NCBI GenBank assembly: GCA_016212295.1
Contig: JACRGO010000042.1
Span: forward strand, 1-61,754
Direction of reading: 5' to 3'
Source: Nitrospinota bacterium
Lineage (GTDB): Bacteria; Nitrospinota; Nitrospinia; JACRGO01
Length of the DNA stretch: 61,754 nt
Of this stretch, positions 43,093 to 52,297 are shown one piece after another. A program made the translations under genes and the position numbers. The notes below the pieces were generated by a model. It searched no databases, had not been told where the DNA came from, and worked only from the letters and a program-made list of their open reading frames with translations. The first letter of the stretch is position 1, and each line of letters begins with the position of its first letter.

Positions 43093-45459
43093 TTAGTTTG
43101 TGCCAAACTTTTTTTGTAGTTGTTTTTCGCATTCCGGCCGCGCCTCCTTGAACCATTCTTCAAGGGATCCGCAACGGGCGGCGAATTCTCTTTTTCCTAT
43201 TGGCCGTCCGTCCGCGAAGCTGTAACCGAAGTCGATTAAGGGAAGAAGCCGCTTCATGAAGGTAAAATGGTAATTCACGGCCTTTGCCGGATGAAAATAT
43301 TCCAAATGGGGCCAATCCAGCCTGTTTACCGGCGTTTGCTCTTTAACTCCAAGAGCTTTCAAGCACCTGGGCTCCAATACGTTGGGGATCAAAGCCCGCT
43401 CCCTCAACCGTTCCCTAAGTCCCTCCCCCATCACCTTTTCATACCCTGCCAATGGCAAATCCCCTTGGTCAAATATTTCCATTTTTGCCTTCAGCGGCCT
43501 GTCGGAACAGGCCAGGACGTAATAAGCGTCGTAGACATAGTTCATCGCGCAAAATGGAAAACTCCTGTTCAAGGTTTTTAATAAAATAGGCACGGCCTGA
43601 GGATGGAGGCGGACGTCGAACCAAAGGCTCAGGATGCCCCCAGGGTTCAAGTGCTCCACGGCCAGCCGGTAGAATTCCTCCGTATACAACTTGCTGGAAG
43701 CGGGAAAGAAGGGCGCGGTCACGGAATTGATTATCATGTCGTATTTCTTCTTGCTATTAATCAAATACTGAAAGCCGTCCCCCTGGAAAATCCGGGTCTT
43801 CGGGAGCCTGTGGACGTTGAAATTGATGTCCGCGAAGCGGTCCTGCAGCCGGATCACCTCCGGATTCAGTTCCACCATATCCACGCGCTCAAAAAAAACC
43901 GCGGCGGCGCCCGCTGACATCCCTGTCCCGAAGCCCAAGACCAGCAGATCCTTTCTTCCATCAGCATACATGGCCGCCACGCTTCCCGCCGTGGCTTCCT
44001 CGGAAGGAAGGTCCAGGCTGACGTACCCGTCCATGAAATATTTTTGCCGCTCCCTGTTTTCCTTCGGGGAGAAATAATGCCTTAAGGCAAAGGTCTGGTC
44101 ATTGGAAGGAAACTCTTCCACGAGGACCGTAAGGCGTTCTTTCTTTTGCAAGACCGAAAAGGACCTGAAGCCATCCAGACTTATAAAATAAAGGGCCTGG
44201 TTCCAGGCAAAAAAACCGCAAAATAAAAAAAGCAGCGTGATGGAGGAATACAATATCTTGAGTTTCACGGGCGTCCCGGGCAGAAAAAGAAATGAAAAAA
44301 CCGCCGCCATGGACCCGACAACAAAGACGATTTTAATCGGCAGATTTGGGTGCAGGACAAGAGTGAAAAGAAGATAACCAAAAACGTTTCCAAGCCCGGA
44401 CACAAACAGAAGCAGACCTGAGTCCCTGCTGACGGCTTCGCTTGATTGCAGGCAAGCAGGGACCGAGGCCCCAAAAAAAAGCAGGGGAAATCCCAGCCAT
44501 AGCGGGGCCAGAAACCAAGCTATCTCAGCAGGAAGGGAAAGCTTTATGGCAATGGAATTCAGGATGGCCACGGAATATAACATCGCGGGTTGGGCCAAGA
44601 ACCAAAAGGCGGTGGAAACAGCCGCCGCGGGAAATACCCGCATGGACAAGGAAGGTTTTTTCTGGACCAGCCAGGTCCCGGCGGATAGGTAAAAAAATAC
44701 CGTGGCCAGGGCGAGCGCGAAATTGGAGTTAAACCTTCCAATGGTGTAATAGACCGTTTTCAAGAAAAATAATTGGAAAATAGCGCTGGAAACGGAAATG
44801 ATGAAAAGCGACAGAAGCAACGTTGGCCGGAATGCCTTTCTCCATTCAACCGCTGCCTCGGAAAAACCGGTTTTCCGTGACAGGATAAACACGGAAAAAC
44901 CGGCAAAAAGGTTCATGGTCCCCATGATATAGGCGGTCCGGCTCACGGGCGTGGCCCTTAATAAAATAAATTCAATGAAAAGCACTCCTCCTATGGCGCC
45001 AAGGTTATAGGCGATATAAATAATCCGGAAAGGGTGTTCCCTGAAATATTCCTTGATATAACGGGCGAACATTGGAACCGACATGCCGACTAGTACCGCC
45101 GGAGCGAAAGTCAGCAAGCTGGCGCCGGCCAGGGCCGAGGAATGGGAAATGGAAAAGAGGTGAAGAAACTTGGCCCCGCCATAACTCCCGGTTGCGGAAA
45201 TAAGCCCGAAAAAGGCCATGGTGTAAAGTCCAAGCCCGGTCTCCACCAGCCACAAATAACGGATGAACTTGTGGGCCAAAAGCCCTCCGAGCGCAATGCC
45301 TGACAGAAAGGAAACCAGAATCGCGGCATTCACGGAAAAGGTATGGCCCAATACGCTGGTCAGCGCGCGGTTGTAAAGGACCTCGTAGCCTGTCCCGCAA
45401 GCCCCGGAAAGGGTGGCAAGCAAGAGGTAAAAAATCCGAATGAAATGAGTGGGATTCAT
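43093..45459 (-). CDS. fused polytopic membrane / spermidine-synthase-like (class I SAM-dependent) protein
   Basis: About 450 aa of TM helices, then LVLGFGTGMSAGAAAVFFERVDMVELNPEVIRL and MIINSVTAPF. I chose the ATG at 45459. Confidence 0.7.
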   Translation of the reverse strand: MNPTHFIRIFYLLLATLSGACGTGYEVLYNRALTSVLGHTFSVNAAILVSFLSGIALGGLLAHKFIRYLWLVETGLGLYTMAFFGLISATGSYGGAKFLHLFSISHSSALAGASLLTFAPAVLVGMSVPMFARYIKEYFREHPFRIIYIAYNLGAIGGVLFIEFILLRATPVSRTAYIMGTMNLFAGFSVFILSRKTGFSEAAVEWRKAFRPTLLLSLFIISVSSAIFQLFFLKTVYYTIGRFNSNFALALATVFFYLSAGTWLVQKKPSLSMRVFPAAAVSTAFWFLAQPAMLYSVAILNSIAIKLSLPAEIAWFLAPLWLGFPLLFFGASVPACLQSSEAVSRDSGLLLFVSGLGNVFGYLLFTLVLHPNLPIKIVFVVGSMAAVFSFLFLPGTPVKLKILYSSITLLFLFCGFFAWNQALYFISLDGFRSFSVLQKKERLTVLVEEFPSNDQTFALRHYFSPKENRERQKYFMDGYVSLDLPSEEATAGSVAAMYADGRKDLLVLGFGTGMSAGAAAVFFERVDMVELNPEVIRLQDRFADINFNVHRLPKTRIFQGDGFQYLINSKKKYDMIINSVTAPFFPASSKLYTEEFYRLAVEHLNPGGILSLWFDVRLHPQAVPILLKTLNRSFPFCAMNYVYDAYYVLACSDRPLKAKMEIFDQGDLPLAGYEKVMGEGLRERLRERALIPNVLEPRCLKALGVKEQTPVNRLDWPHLEYFHPAKAVNYHFTFMKRLLPLIDFGYSFADGRPIGKREFAARCGSLEEWFKEARPECEKQLQKKFGTN

Positions 45460-45637
45460 AACGCGACGCGGCCGCAAGCTTCTGAACGTTATAATTGTAT
45501 TCCGGCAATTGCCGCCTATCATAAGATTCAGGGTGAGCGGAGTCAACAGGCAAATTAAAAAAATTAAAATTTTGCTTCAATAGCGCATGGGGTGAAAAGC
45601 CGTCTTTGATTGTGTTAATATCATTAAATGTTTTAAT

Positions 45638-45676
45638 GCATCGAAAATTTATTTGGTTGCGGCAACGTCGCGCTAT
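45638..45676 (-). repeat. extended GCGGC-box (reverse orientation)
   Basis: GCATCGAAAATTTATTTGGTTGCGGCAACGTCGCGCTAT. The terminal CTAT plus G forms the ATG of the DUF2062 gene. Confidence 0.85.
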
Positions 45677-46127
45677 GTATCGATATTTCAGCAGAATAAA
45701 AGAACACTTCCTGCAGATTCTTATTTTAGATGGTTCACCTCACAAGGCTTCCCTGGCCTTTGCGATTGGGGTGTTCATCGCCTTTGCTCCTCACTTAGGC
45801 CTGCATACGGTCTCGGCCGTTGCCCTTTCCTGGCTTTTAAGGCTGAATCTTCCAATCATGCTGATAGGGGCGTTTTTAAATAATCCCTGGACCATTATTC
45901 CACTGTATGGATTTTGCCTGTGCGTGGGTAACTATATGCTTGGGAATGGATTCATTTGCCTTCCCGCCGGGCTTTCCGGGGACGAGCTGCTTGATTTCCT
46001 GAAAACCACCCCCCTTCCATTCGTGGCCGGGACATTAACGACTGGATCCCTGGCCTCGGTTATGAGCTATTTCATCTCGAAAAGGGTCCTGGCCCTGGTG
46101 CATCCGGCAACAGACAAAAGAACATAG
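45675..46127 (+). CDS. DUF2062 domain membrane protein
   Basis: GSPHKASLAFAIGVFIAFAPHLGLHTVSAVALSWLLRLNLPIMLIGAFLNNPWT. Confidence 0.65.
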   Translation: MYRYFSRIKEHFLQILILDGSPHKASLAFAIGVFIAFAPHLGLHTVSAVALSWLLRLNLPIMLIGAFLNNPWTIIPLYGFCLCVGNYMLGNGFICLPAGLSGDELLDFLKTTPLPFVAGTLTTGSLASVMSYFISKRVLALVHPATDKRT

Positions 46128-46129
46128 CT

Positions 46130-46287
46130 TAGCGCGGCATGGCCGCAACCAAAAACAAGAAATAACCACAAAGGACACAAATTTGAACGCTTTGTGGTAA
46201 AAAATACTCTAGCCAGAATTACAAATGACAAACAAGGAAATGGAATTGTTTTGGGCATCCGGTAATTGTAATTTGTAATTTGAACGC
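46130..46287. repeat. GCGGC-box + small family C-like hairpin + family A hairpin
   Basis: TAGCGCGGCATGGCCGCAACCAAAAAC. ACCACAAAG...CTTTGTGGT (46164-46199). GAATTACAAATGACAAACAAGG versus CCGGTAATTGTAATTTGTAATT. Confidence 0.85.
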
Positions 46288-46322
46288 CGTCTTAATTTTT
46301 TTAGGAGGTTTTTGGTCCCGCT

Positions 46323-47594
46323 TTGGACGAGTCTATAATTATTCGATTAATATTTCTCGGGGCCCTGCTTGCCCTTTCCGCCTTTTTCTCCGGCTGCGAG
46401 GCGGCCTTTTTTTCTCTTAGCAGGCTGAAGGTCGACAACCTTGAATCCCAAAAGGGCCGAAGGGGGAAAATGGTCGCCGCCCTCCTCGCCAACCCCAGGC
46501 TGCTCCTGACCGTTATTTACGCCGGCAATGAGATGGTCAACGTCGCGGCGGCAGCGGTTGTCACCTCTGTTTCCATCCATTTCCTTGGCGACTCCGGCGT
46601 CGGCTTCGCCATAGGCATCGGGACTTTGCTGATCCTGGTCTTTGGGGAAATCACCCCTAAAACGCTTGTATTGAGACACGCCGAGAGCTTCGCCCTGGGC
46701 GCCGCCCCCTTTCTCAATATTTTCTCCCTTCTCATTAAGCCAGTGAACCAATTATTGGCCCGCATCGCCGATCTTTCCGTGCACATCTTTTTACCTATAC
46801 ATAGAAAAAAGGGAGAGCTTACCGAGGGAGAAATCAAAACCATCGTCACGGTCGGGGAAGGGGAAGGGGTCATCGAAGCCGACGAAAAGGACCTTATCCA
46901 CAACATCTTTGAATTTGGAGACACCACCGTCTCGGAAATAATGACCCCGAAGAACGATGTTTTTTCCCTTGACGCCAACACCTCGGTCCCGGATATCATC
47001 TCACGCGCGAAGAAAACCTTTTTCTCCAGAATTCCGGTTTACGAGGACAATAAGGAAAATATCATCGGCGTCCTTTATATGAAGGACATCCTGAGGCTGC
47101 ATATTTCCGGCAAAAAAGATCTGTCTCTTCGCCAGATGCTGCATCCGGCCTTCATCATTCCCGAATCAAAGAAGGTGCGGGACCTGTTGAGGGACTTTAA
47201 AATCAAGAAGGTCCACCTTGCCGTGGTCTACGACGAATACGGCGGCCTGGAGGGAATCGCTACCCTTGAGGACGTCCTTGAGGAAATAGTAGGGGAGATT
47301 GAAGGGGAGCGGCGAAGGGACGATGTGCCTGTCATCAAGATGAATGAGAATGAATATGCCGTCCTTGGCAATGTGCCGATTCAGGACTTCAACGAGGAAT
47401 TCGGCTCTTCCCTGCCGGACGAGGAATACAACAGCATAGGAGGATTTGTTTTCAGCCTGCTTGGAAGGCTCCCCATCAAGGGAGAATCTGTTTCCCATGA
47501 AAACATGCGGTTTATAGTGGACAAGGTGAAGGGACCCAGGATTTTAAGGCTATTGCTGAAGGTGAATATTAAACCGGAAGAAAAGGCAGCATAG
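46323..47594 (+). CDS. CNNM/TlyC-family protein (DUF21-CBS pair-CorC_HlyC)
   Basis: FFSGCEAAFFSLSR and GEITPKT (DUF21), a CBS pair, and the C-terminal GGFVFSLLGRLP (CorC_HlyC). TTG start. Confidence 0.8.
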   Translation: MDESIIIRLIFLGALLALSAFFSGCEAAFFSLSRLKVDNLESQKGRRGKMVAALLANPRLLLTVIYAGNEMVNVAAAAVVTSVSIHFLGDSGVGFAIGIGTLLILVFGEITPKTLVLRHAESFALGAAPFLNIFSLLIKPVNQLLARIADLSVHIFLPIHRKKGELTEGEIKTIVTVGEGEGVIEADEKDLIHNIFEFGDTTVSEIMTPKNDVFSLDANTSVPDIISRAKKTFFSRIPVYEDNKENIIGVLYMKDILRLHISGKKDLSLRQMLHPAFIIPESKKVRDLLRDFKIKKVHLAVVYDEYGGLEGIATLEDVLEEIVGEIEGERRRDDVPVIKMNENEYAVLGNVPIQDFNEEFGSSLPDEEYNSIGGFVFSLLGRLPIKGESVSHENMRFIVDKVKGPRILRLLLKVNIKPEEKAA

Positions 47595-47780
47595 CGCGAC
47601 GCGGCCGCAATCAAAAGGAAATGGGAAACAAAATTACAAATGACAAATATCAAATTACAAATAAATTCCAAATTACAATTACCGAATGTCCAAAACAATT
47701 CCATTTCCTTGTTTGTCATTTGTAAATTTGGTTATTGAGATTTATTTGTGATTTGGCAATTGTGATTTGGATTTTCATAA
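47591..47780. repeat. GCGGC-box + family A word-hairpin element (full copy)
   Basis: ATAGCGCGACGCGGCCGCAATCAAAAGG; the gene's TAG stop at 47592-47594 lies inside the box. Nested inverted words follow: GGAAATGG/CCATTTCC and ACAAATGACAAA/TTTGTCATTTGT. The right module ends in TTTCAT. Confidence 0.9.
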
Positions 47781-47872
47781 CACTTTGCAAAAAAAACAAA
47801 GTGTTATACGTTTGTAGTACAGGAGGAGACTTGAAATTCTTCAGCAATCAATTCAATAAGGGCCTGCATGGT

Positions 47873-49213
47873 ATGTTTTTCCGCGCCCTGCCTGGATGTG
47901 CATTGTTAGTTGTGCTGTTTGGATGCTCCAAACCGCCGGCTGAAAACCTGCTCTTTATTTCCTTTGACACCACGAGGGCGGACCACCTCTCGGCTTACGG
48001 CTATAAAATTAAAACTTCGCCCAATATCGACGCCCTTGCCGCCCAGGGCGTCCTTTTCCAAAGGGCCTTTTCCCATGCGCCTTCCACCCTGCCGTCCCAT
48101 GCTTCCATGTTTACAGGAAAACTACCCCCGGACCACGGCGTTCGCTGCAACGGCAAATTCACGCTGCCGGAAGAACAATTAACGCTTGCGGAAATACTAT
48201 ACGGCAACGGATTTGAAACCGGCGCGGTATTGGGGGCCTTTCCGTTGGACAAGCGTTTCGGACTGGACCAGGGATTCAGTTTTTATGATGATGATTTCAG
48301 ATTGTCACAATTAACTTTAAAACACCAGGCAAGCGAAAGGGTAATGGACAAAGTGGGCTTCTGGCAGGGGCAAACTTATTTGGATTTTGAGCGCAATGCG
48401 TATGAGGTCACAACCCTTGCCACAAAGTGGCTGCAAAAAACAAAGGGAAGGTGGTTCCTTTTCGTTCATTATTTTGATCCACACGAGCCTTATGAACCGC
48501 CCCCGGCTTGGAGGACGCTCTTTGAAAATCAGTATGACGCTGAAATCGCCTTCGCGGACCGCCAGTTAGGGAAGCTCCTGGAGACCGTGAATTCGATGCC
48601 TGGGAAGACGTTAATAGTTTTTACCGCTGACCACGGACAGGGATTGGGAGACCATGGGGAGATAACCCATGATCGCTATCTGTACGACTCCACCCAATGG
48701 ATCCCCCTCGTCTTTTGCATGAAAGATAAGATTAAAGCTGGGAGCAAAATCATAAATCCTGTGAGCCATATAGATGTAATGCCGACCATTCTTGATTTAT
48801 TGGGCGTTCCTTCCACCGAAGGCATTCAAGGAAGGTCATTGGCCAAGGCCATCCTTGCCGGGGAAGACCTGGAAAATAAACCCATTTACATGGAATCCCT
48901 TAGCCATAAACTGGAAAAGCCTGAAGGCATTGACGTCAGGGGCCTGGTGCGGGATAACTGGAAATTCATACTCACCAATGAAGAACATGGGGGTAAAAAG
49001 ACTATAAGGAAAGAGCTTTATGATCTGGACTCCGGGGGGGGGGGGGGGGGGGAGAACGCCGATTTGTCATTAAAGGAAGCGGGCCGCGCCGCTGAGATGG
49101 ATAAAAAATTGTCAGGCTGGGTGGAAAAACTGGAACATGAAGGGGCTAAACCAAACCCCCTTAAAATCAGCGAGGAAACAAGGCAAAAGCTGAAAAGTTT
49201 GGGGTATTTATAA
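47873..49213 (+). CDS. sulfatase-like (alkaline-phosphatase superfamily) lipoprotein
   Basis: Lipobox-like LLVVLFGC. LLFISFDTTRADHLSAYGY metal site. The nucleophile region reads APSTLPSHASMFTG, i.e. T-x-P-S-H rather than C/S-x-P-x-R. I chose the ATG at 47873. Confidence 0.75.
   Translation: MFFRALPGCALLVVLFGCSKPPAENLLFISFDTTRADHLSAYGYKIKTSPNIDALAAQGVLFQRAFSHAPSTLPSHASMFTGKLPPDHGVRCNGKFTLPEEQLTLAEILYGNGFETGAVLGAFPLDKRFGLDQGFSFYDDDFRLSQLTLKHQASERVMDKVGFWQGQTYLDFERNAYEVTTLATKWLQKTKGRWFLFVHYFDPHEPYEPPPAWRTLFENQYDAEIAFADRQLGKLLETVNSMPGKTLIVFTADHGQGLGDHGEITHDRYLYDSTQWIPLVFCMKDKIKAGSKIINPVSHIDVMPTILDLLGVPSTEGIQGRSLAKAILAGEDLENKPIYMESLSHKLEKPEGIDVRGLVRDNWKFILTNEEHGGKKTIRKELYDLDSGGGGGGENADLSLKEAGRAAEMDKKLSGWVEKLEHEGAKPNPLKISEETRQKLKSLGYL
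49034..49052 (+). repeat. G19 homopolymer inside the sulfatase-like CDS
   Basis: I counted 19 consecutive G from 49034 to 49052. They encode Gly6 in the current frame (DLDSGGGGGGENADL). Confidence 0.95.
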
Positions 49214-49286
49214 GAAGATGCTTGCACGGAATATCCGGGAATTCGTCTCTTATCAATTAAAACCAGGAAAAAAATAAAAGATTTTT

Positions 49287-49493
49287 AACCACGAATGGAC
49301 ACTAATGAACACTAATTATTTTTAGTAGTTTTATAAAATTCGTGTTAATTCGTGGTTCAGGTTGCCTTTTTTTCAAACAGCTAAAATGTTACAAAATTTC
49401 AAATATTTTAGGATAGTTCTTAGTGTTTCTTGGCGGCTTTGTGTCTTAGTGGCAAAAAAAATGGTAAACACAAAACCACGAAGAAACACGAAT
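49287..49493. repeat. two word-hairpins, family E (ACCACGAAT / ACACTAAT / GTGTTTCTT words)
   Basis: AACCACGAATGGACACTAATGAACACTAATT (49287-49317) versus AATTCGTGTTAATTCGTGGTT (49337-49357). CTTAGTGTTTCTTGGCGGCTTTGTGTCTTAGTGG (49419-49452) versus AAACACAAAACCACGAAGAAACACGAAT (49467-49493). A related GAACCACGAATGACCACGAATT lies at about 27283-27304. Confidence 0.8.
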
Positions 49494-49550
49494 ATTCTAT
49501 GAAAACACACCTTTTGATCTTTAGAAACAATTAGCGCATAAATTATAAGA

Positions 49551-50810
49551 ATGGACCCGAACATAAGCATCATCATAATAGTCCTCTGCCTGGTTATCGA
49601 GGCGTTTTTTTCCGGCTCGGAAATCGCCTTCATTTCAGCAAACAGATTCAAGCTCAAGCATAAGTCTGAATCCGGCTCCATCGGAGCTAGGCTGGCTGAC
49701 AAACTGTTGGACCGCCCGGAACGGATCTTCGCCACCACTTCGGTGGGGACAAACCTGGCGGTAGTCACCGGCACCGCCCTTTGCACCTCCATGCTGGTTG
49801 GCCCTTATGGCGACAAGGCCGACCTCTATTCCACCCTTATCATGGTCCCCGTCATATTGCTTTTCGGCGAGATCATACCCAAGGCCATATTCCAGGAAGC
49901 GGCGGACGCGCTTTGTCCCAGAATCGCGCGCCCTCTCCAATGGTTTATGTCCATTTTTTATCCAGCGGTCGCGCTCATGTCATGGGTCACTAATACCTTT
50001 CTGAAAAGTATTTCCCAGGACCAGTTGGAGAAGGGACAACTCCTCACGAGAGACGAGCTTCAGCAGTGGCTGCAAATAGGGGGCAAGGAATCCGAACTGG
50101 ACGATGAAGAAAGAAAAATGATCCATAATATCTTCCGCTTCAGCGAGATGTCCGTGGAGAAGTGCATGGTACCCCTGATCCATACCGTGGCGGTGGAAGA
50201 GAACTCCACCGTAAGCCACGCCCTCAAGGTTTTTGAAGAATCGCAAAGCACGTACTCGCGCATGCCTGTATTTCAAAACCGCATATTCAATATCACCGGG
50301 ATTTTGAACACTTTCGATTTCCTCGATTGCACGGAGCCCGATCAAGCCATCAAGCCCTTTCTCCGCCCGGCCTATTTTGTGCCAAGGACCAAGCCCATTG
50401 ACGATCTTCTAAGGGAGCTGCAGAACATGAGGATGCACATGGCCATTGTGGTGGATGAATACGGGGGCGCCATAGGGCTCGTCACCATGGAAGACCTTCT
50501 TGAAGAGATTGTCGGAAAAATCGAGGACGAGTACGACGAGGAAGAAAAGCCTTATGAAAAGATATCGGATTATAGATACGTCATGGACGCCGCCGTGGAA
50601 ATCGACGCCATAAACGATGATCTGTCCCTGGACCTGCCTGTGGGCGACTATGAGACCCTTGGGGGATTTATCCTGGACATAATCAAGCGGATACCGAAAC
50701 AAGGGGAAAAAATAGACTTTGAAAACTTCGCCTTCCGGATCAAGGAAGCGGACCCAAAACGCATACTCTCAGTGGAGGTGTTGATCAAACCGGCGAAAAA
50801 CGCGGAGTGA
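49551..50810 (+). CDS. CNNM/TlyC-family protein (second paralogue)
   Basis: [21 protein letters not shown], a CBS pair, and [12 protein letters not shown]. Confidence 0.8.
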   Translation: MDPNISIIIIVLCLVIEAFFSGSEIAFISANRFKLKHKSESGSIGARLADKLLDRPERIFATTSVGTNLAVVTGTALCTSMLVGPYGDKADLYSTLIMVPVILLFGEIIPKAIFQEAADALCPRIARPLQWFMSIFYPAVALMSWVTNTFLKSISQDQLEKGQLLTRDELQQWLQIGGKESELDDEERKMIHNIFRFSEMSVEKCMVPLIHTVAVEENSTVSHALKVFEESQSTYSRMPVFQNRIFNITGILNTFDFLDCTEPDQAIKPFLRPAYFVPRTKPIDDLLRELQNMRMHMAIVVDEYGGAIGLVTMEDLLEEIVGKIEDEYDEEEKPYEKISDYRYVMDAAVEIDAINDDLSLDLPVGDYETLGGFILDIIKRIPKQGEKIDFENFAFRIKEADPKRILSVEVLIKPAKNAE

Positions 50811-50830
50811 AGGGTCTCCACGGATTGCCG

Positions 50831-50959
50831 CAGCGCTGCTTCGACGCAACCAAAATGAGAGCAAAATTTCAAATCCCAAATAGCAAATTACAAATAAGTT
50901 CCAAACTACAATTGCATAGAGCGGCATGGCCGCAACCAAAATAAATTTCGATGCATTCA
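50831..50959. repeat. two GCGGC-boxes flanking a family A arm
   Basis: CAGCGCTGCTTCGACGCAACCAAAATG, then an AT-rich arm, then CATAGAGCGGCATGGCCGCAACCAAAATAAATTTCGATGCATTCA. Confidence 0.85.
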
Positions 50960-50990
50960 GGGCTGGGCCAGCAGGATAGTAAGGGAAGAG

Positions 50991-51860
50991 TTGGAAAAGA
51001 AAGATGCCGCCCCATTCAGACACTGGCGCCTGGCTGCCCAGTCCCTGCTGGATATCCACAAGGACAATAGGGACGCGGATGTGGTGCGTCTTGCAAGGCA
51101 AAGATTACAGTTTATTCTTACAGCGAAAGAAACCCCGAAAATCAAGGCCGAGGCGGGTGAGATTTTGGGGTGGCTGGGTGACCCCAGGGGGGACCTGGAG
51201 GAGCTAGTCAGGATAAAAGGGGGAGAATATGAGTTGGAGGATTTGGGCAAGGCAAATTTAAAACCCTTCGGGATAGGAAAATATCCGGTGGCCAACCAGT
51301 GGTTTGAAAAGTTTATTCAGGCCGGAGGGTATAAAGAAGAAAATTGGGAAAGATACTGGACCCCGGAAGGAAGAAAGTGGATGAAGGAGAATAAGCCCCA
51401 GGCCCCTCTGTATTGGCACGAGCGGCAATGGAATTGCCCCAACGCTCCGGTGGTGGGGGTGAGCTGGTACGAGGCGGACGCCTTTTGCCGTTGGCTCACG
51501 GAAGAAAGGAAGGATGGGTTTGTTTATCCCAGGAGTGGCAGGCTGCGGCAGCCGGAAAGGGTGAAAAGGAAAGAGAATATCCTTGGGGGGAATGTGTGGG
51601 AGTGGACAAGATCGGATTACCACGCGAGGACGGAGCGCGATGATTTTTTGTTTGATGAGGAAATACAAAAACTCTATGATACGGAGAGTAGGGATGAACT
51701 ACGAAAGAAATGGCAAGAGAAAAATCGTCAATTGCCGTCGCTCCGGGGCGGTTCGTGGTACTTCTACCGTTGTTTCGCCGGGTGCGCCTACCGCTACTGG
51801 AACTACCCGTACGTACGGTACTTCGATATCGGGTTTCGTTGCGCCAGGACTTCAAAATAA
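50991..51860 (+). CDS. FGE/SUMF1-domain protein, apparently 5'-truncated and carrying a compensated frameshift
   Basis: The N-terminus has a HEAT-like AEAGEILGWLGDPRG. FGE motifs are VVGVSWYEADAFCRWL, GGNVWEWT and LRGGSWY...GFRCART. The expected motif between them (LSQEWQAAAAGKGEKEREYPWG) is in another frame (51413 ORF). TTG start directly after a repeat. Confidence 0.65.
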   Translation: MEKKDAAPFRHWRLAAQSLLDIHKDNRDADVVRLARQRLQFILTAKETPKIKAEAGEILGWLGDPRGDLEELVRIKGGEYELEDLGKANLKPFGIGKYPVANQWFEKFIQAGGYKEENWERYWTPEGRKWMKENKPQAPLYWHERQWNCPNAPVVGVSWYEADAFCRWLTEERKDGFVYPRSGRLRQPERVKRKENILGGNVWEWTRSDYHARTERDDFLFDEEIQKLYDTESRDELRKKWQEKNRQLPSLRGGSWYFYRCFAGCAYRYWNYPYVRYFDIGFRCARTSK

Positions 51861-51921
51861 TCTTTTCCCTTTTACTCTTTTACCCTTTTGGGTTTTCTGT
51901 TTTTTGTTTTTTTGTTTTTCT

Positions 51922-51950
51922 TTGCCGCCGAAGGCGGCCGGATTTTTTTT
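51922..51950 (+). terminator. terminator candidate
   Basis: GCCGCC-GAA-GGCGGC stem-loop followed by CGGATTTTTTTT. Confidence 0.4.
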
Positions 51951-52054
51951 CTTAAATTCCCCTCTGGAGAGGGGTGGCCGAAGGCCGGGGTGTGTCTTTT
52001 CTCGTTCCCAGGGTTGTCATGAAAAACCGGAGAAAACCTCATTATCTATTTTTT

Positions 52055-52157
52055 ACATCCCCCTTGGTCCCCCATTGCTAAGGGGGAATTAAAACAGGGC
52101 CTATTTTTGGGGTTTTTCCCGTATTCCCCATTAGCAAAGGGGGACCAAGGGGGATGT
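52055..52157. repeat. word-hairpin element, family G (CCCCCTTGGTCCCCC words)
   Basis: ACATCCCCCTTGGTCCCCCATTGCTAAGGGGG (52055-52086) versus TCCCCATTAGCAAAGGGGGACCAAGGGGGATGT (52125-52157). Confidence 0.85.
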
Positions 52158-52297
52158 TGTTTCACCTGCAATTGAGCATGAAGCTGTTTTCCATGATATC
52201 CCGTGAACAGTTACCTTTTATCTTTTCTTCGCGACCTTTGCGGCTTTGCGCGAGAAAAAGAGTTTAACCTACAAGAAACATCAACAAGGAACTTTTA

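Noticed and set aside
47873-51860. Sulfatase plus FGE maturase functional pairing.
   Set aside because: The sulfatase-like protein has T-L-P-S-H at the position of the C/S-x-P-x-R formylglycine motif, so it is unlikely to be an FGE substrate. The FGE-like gene also looks truncated and frame-scrambled.
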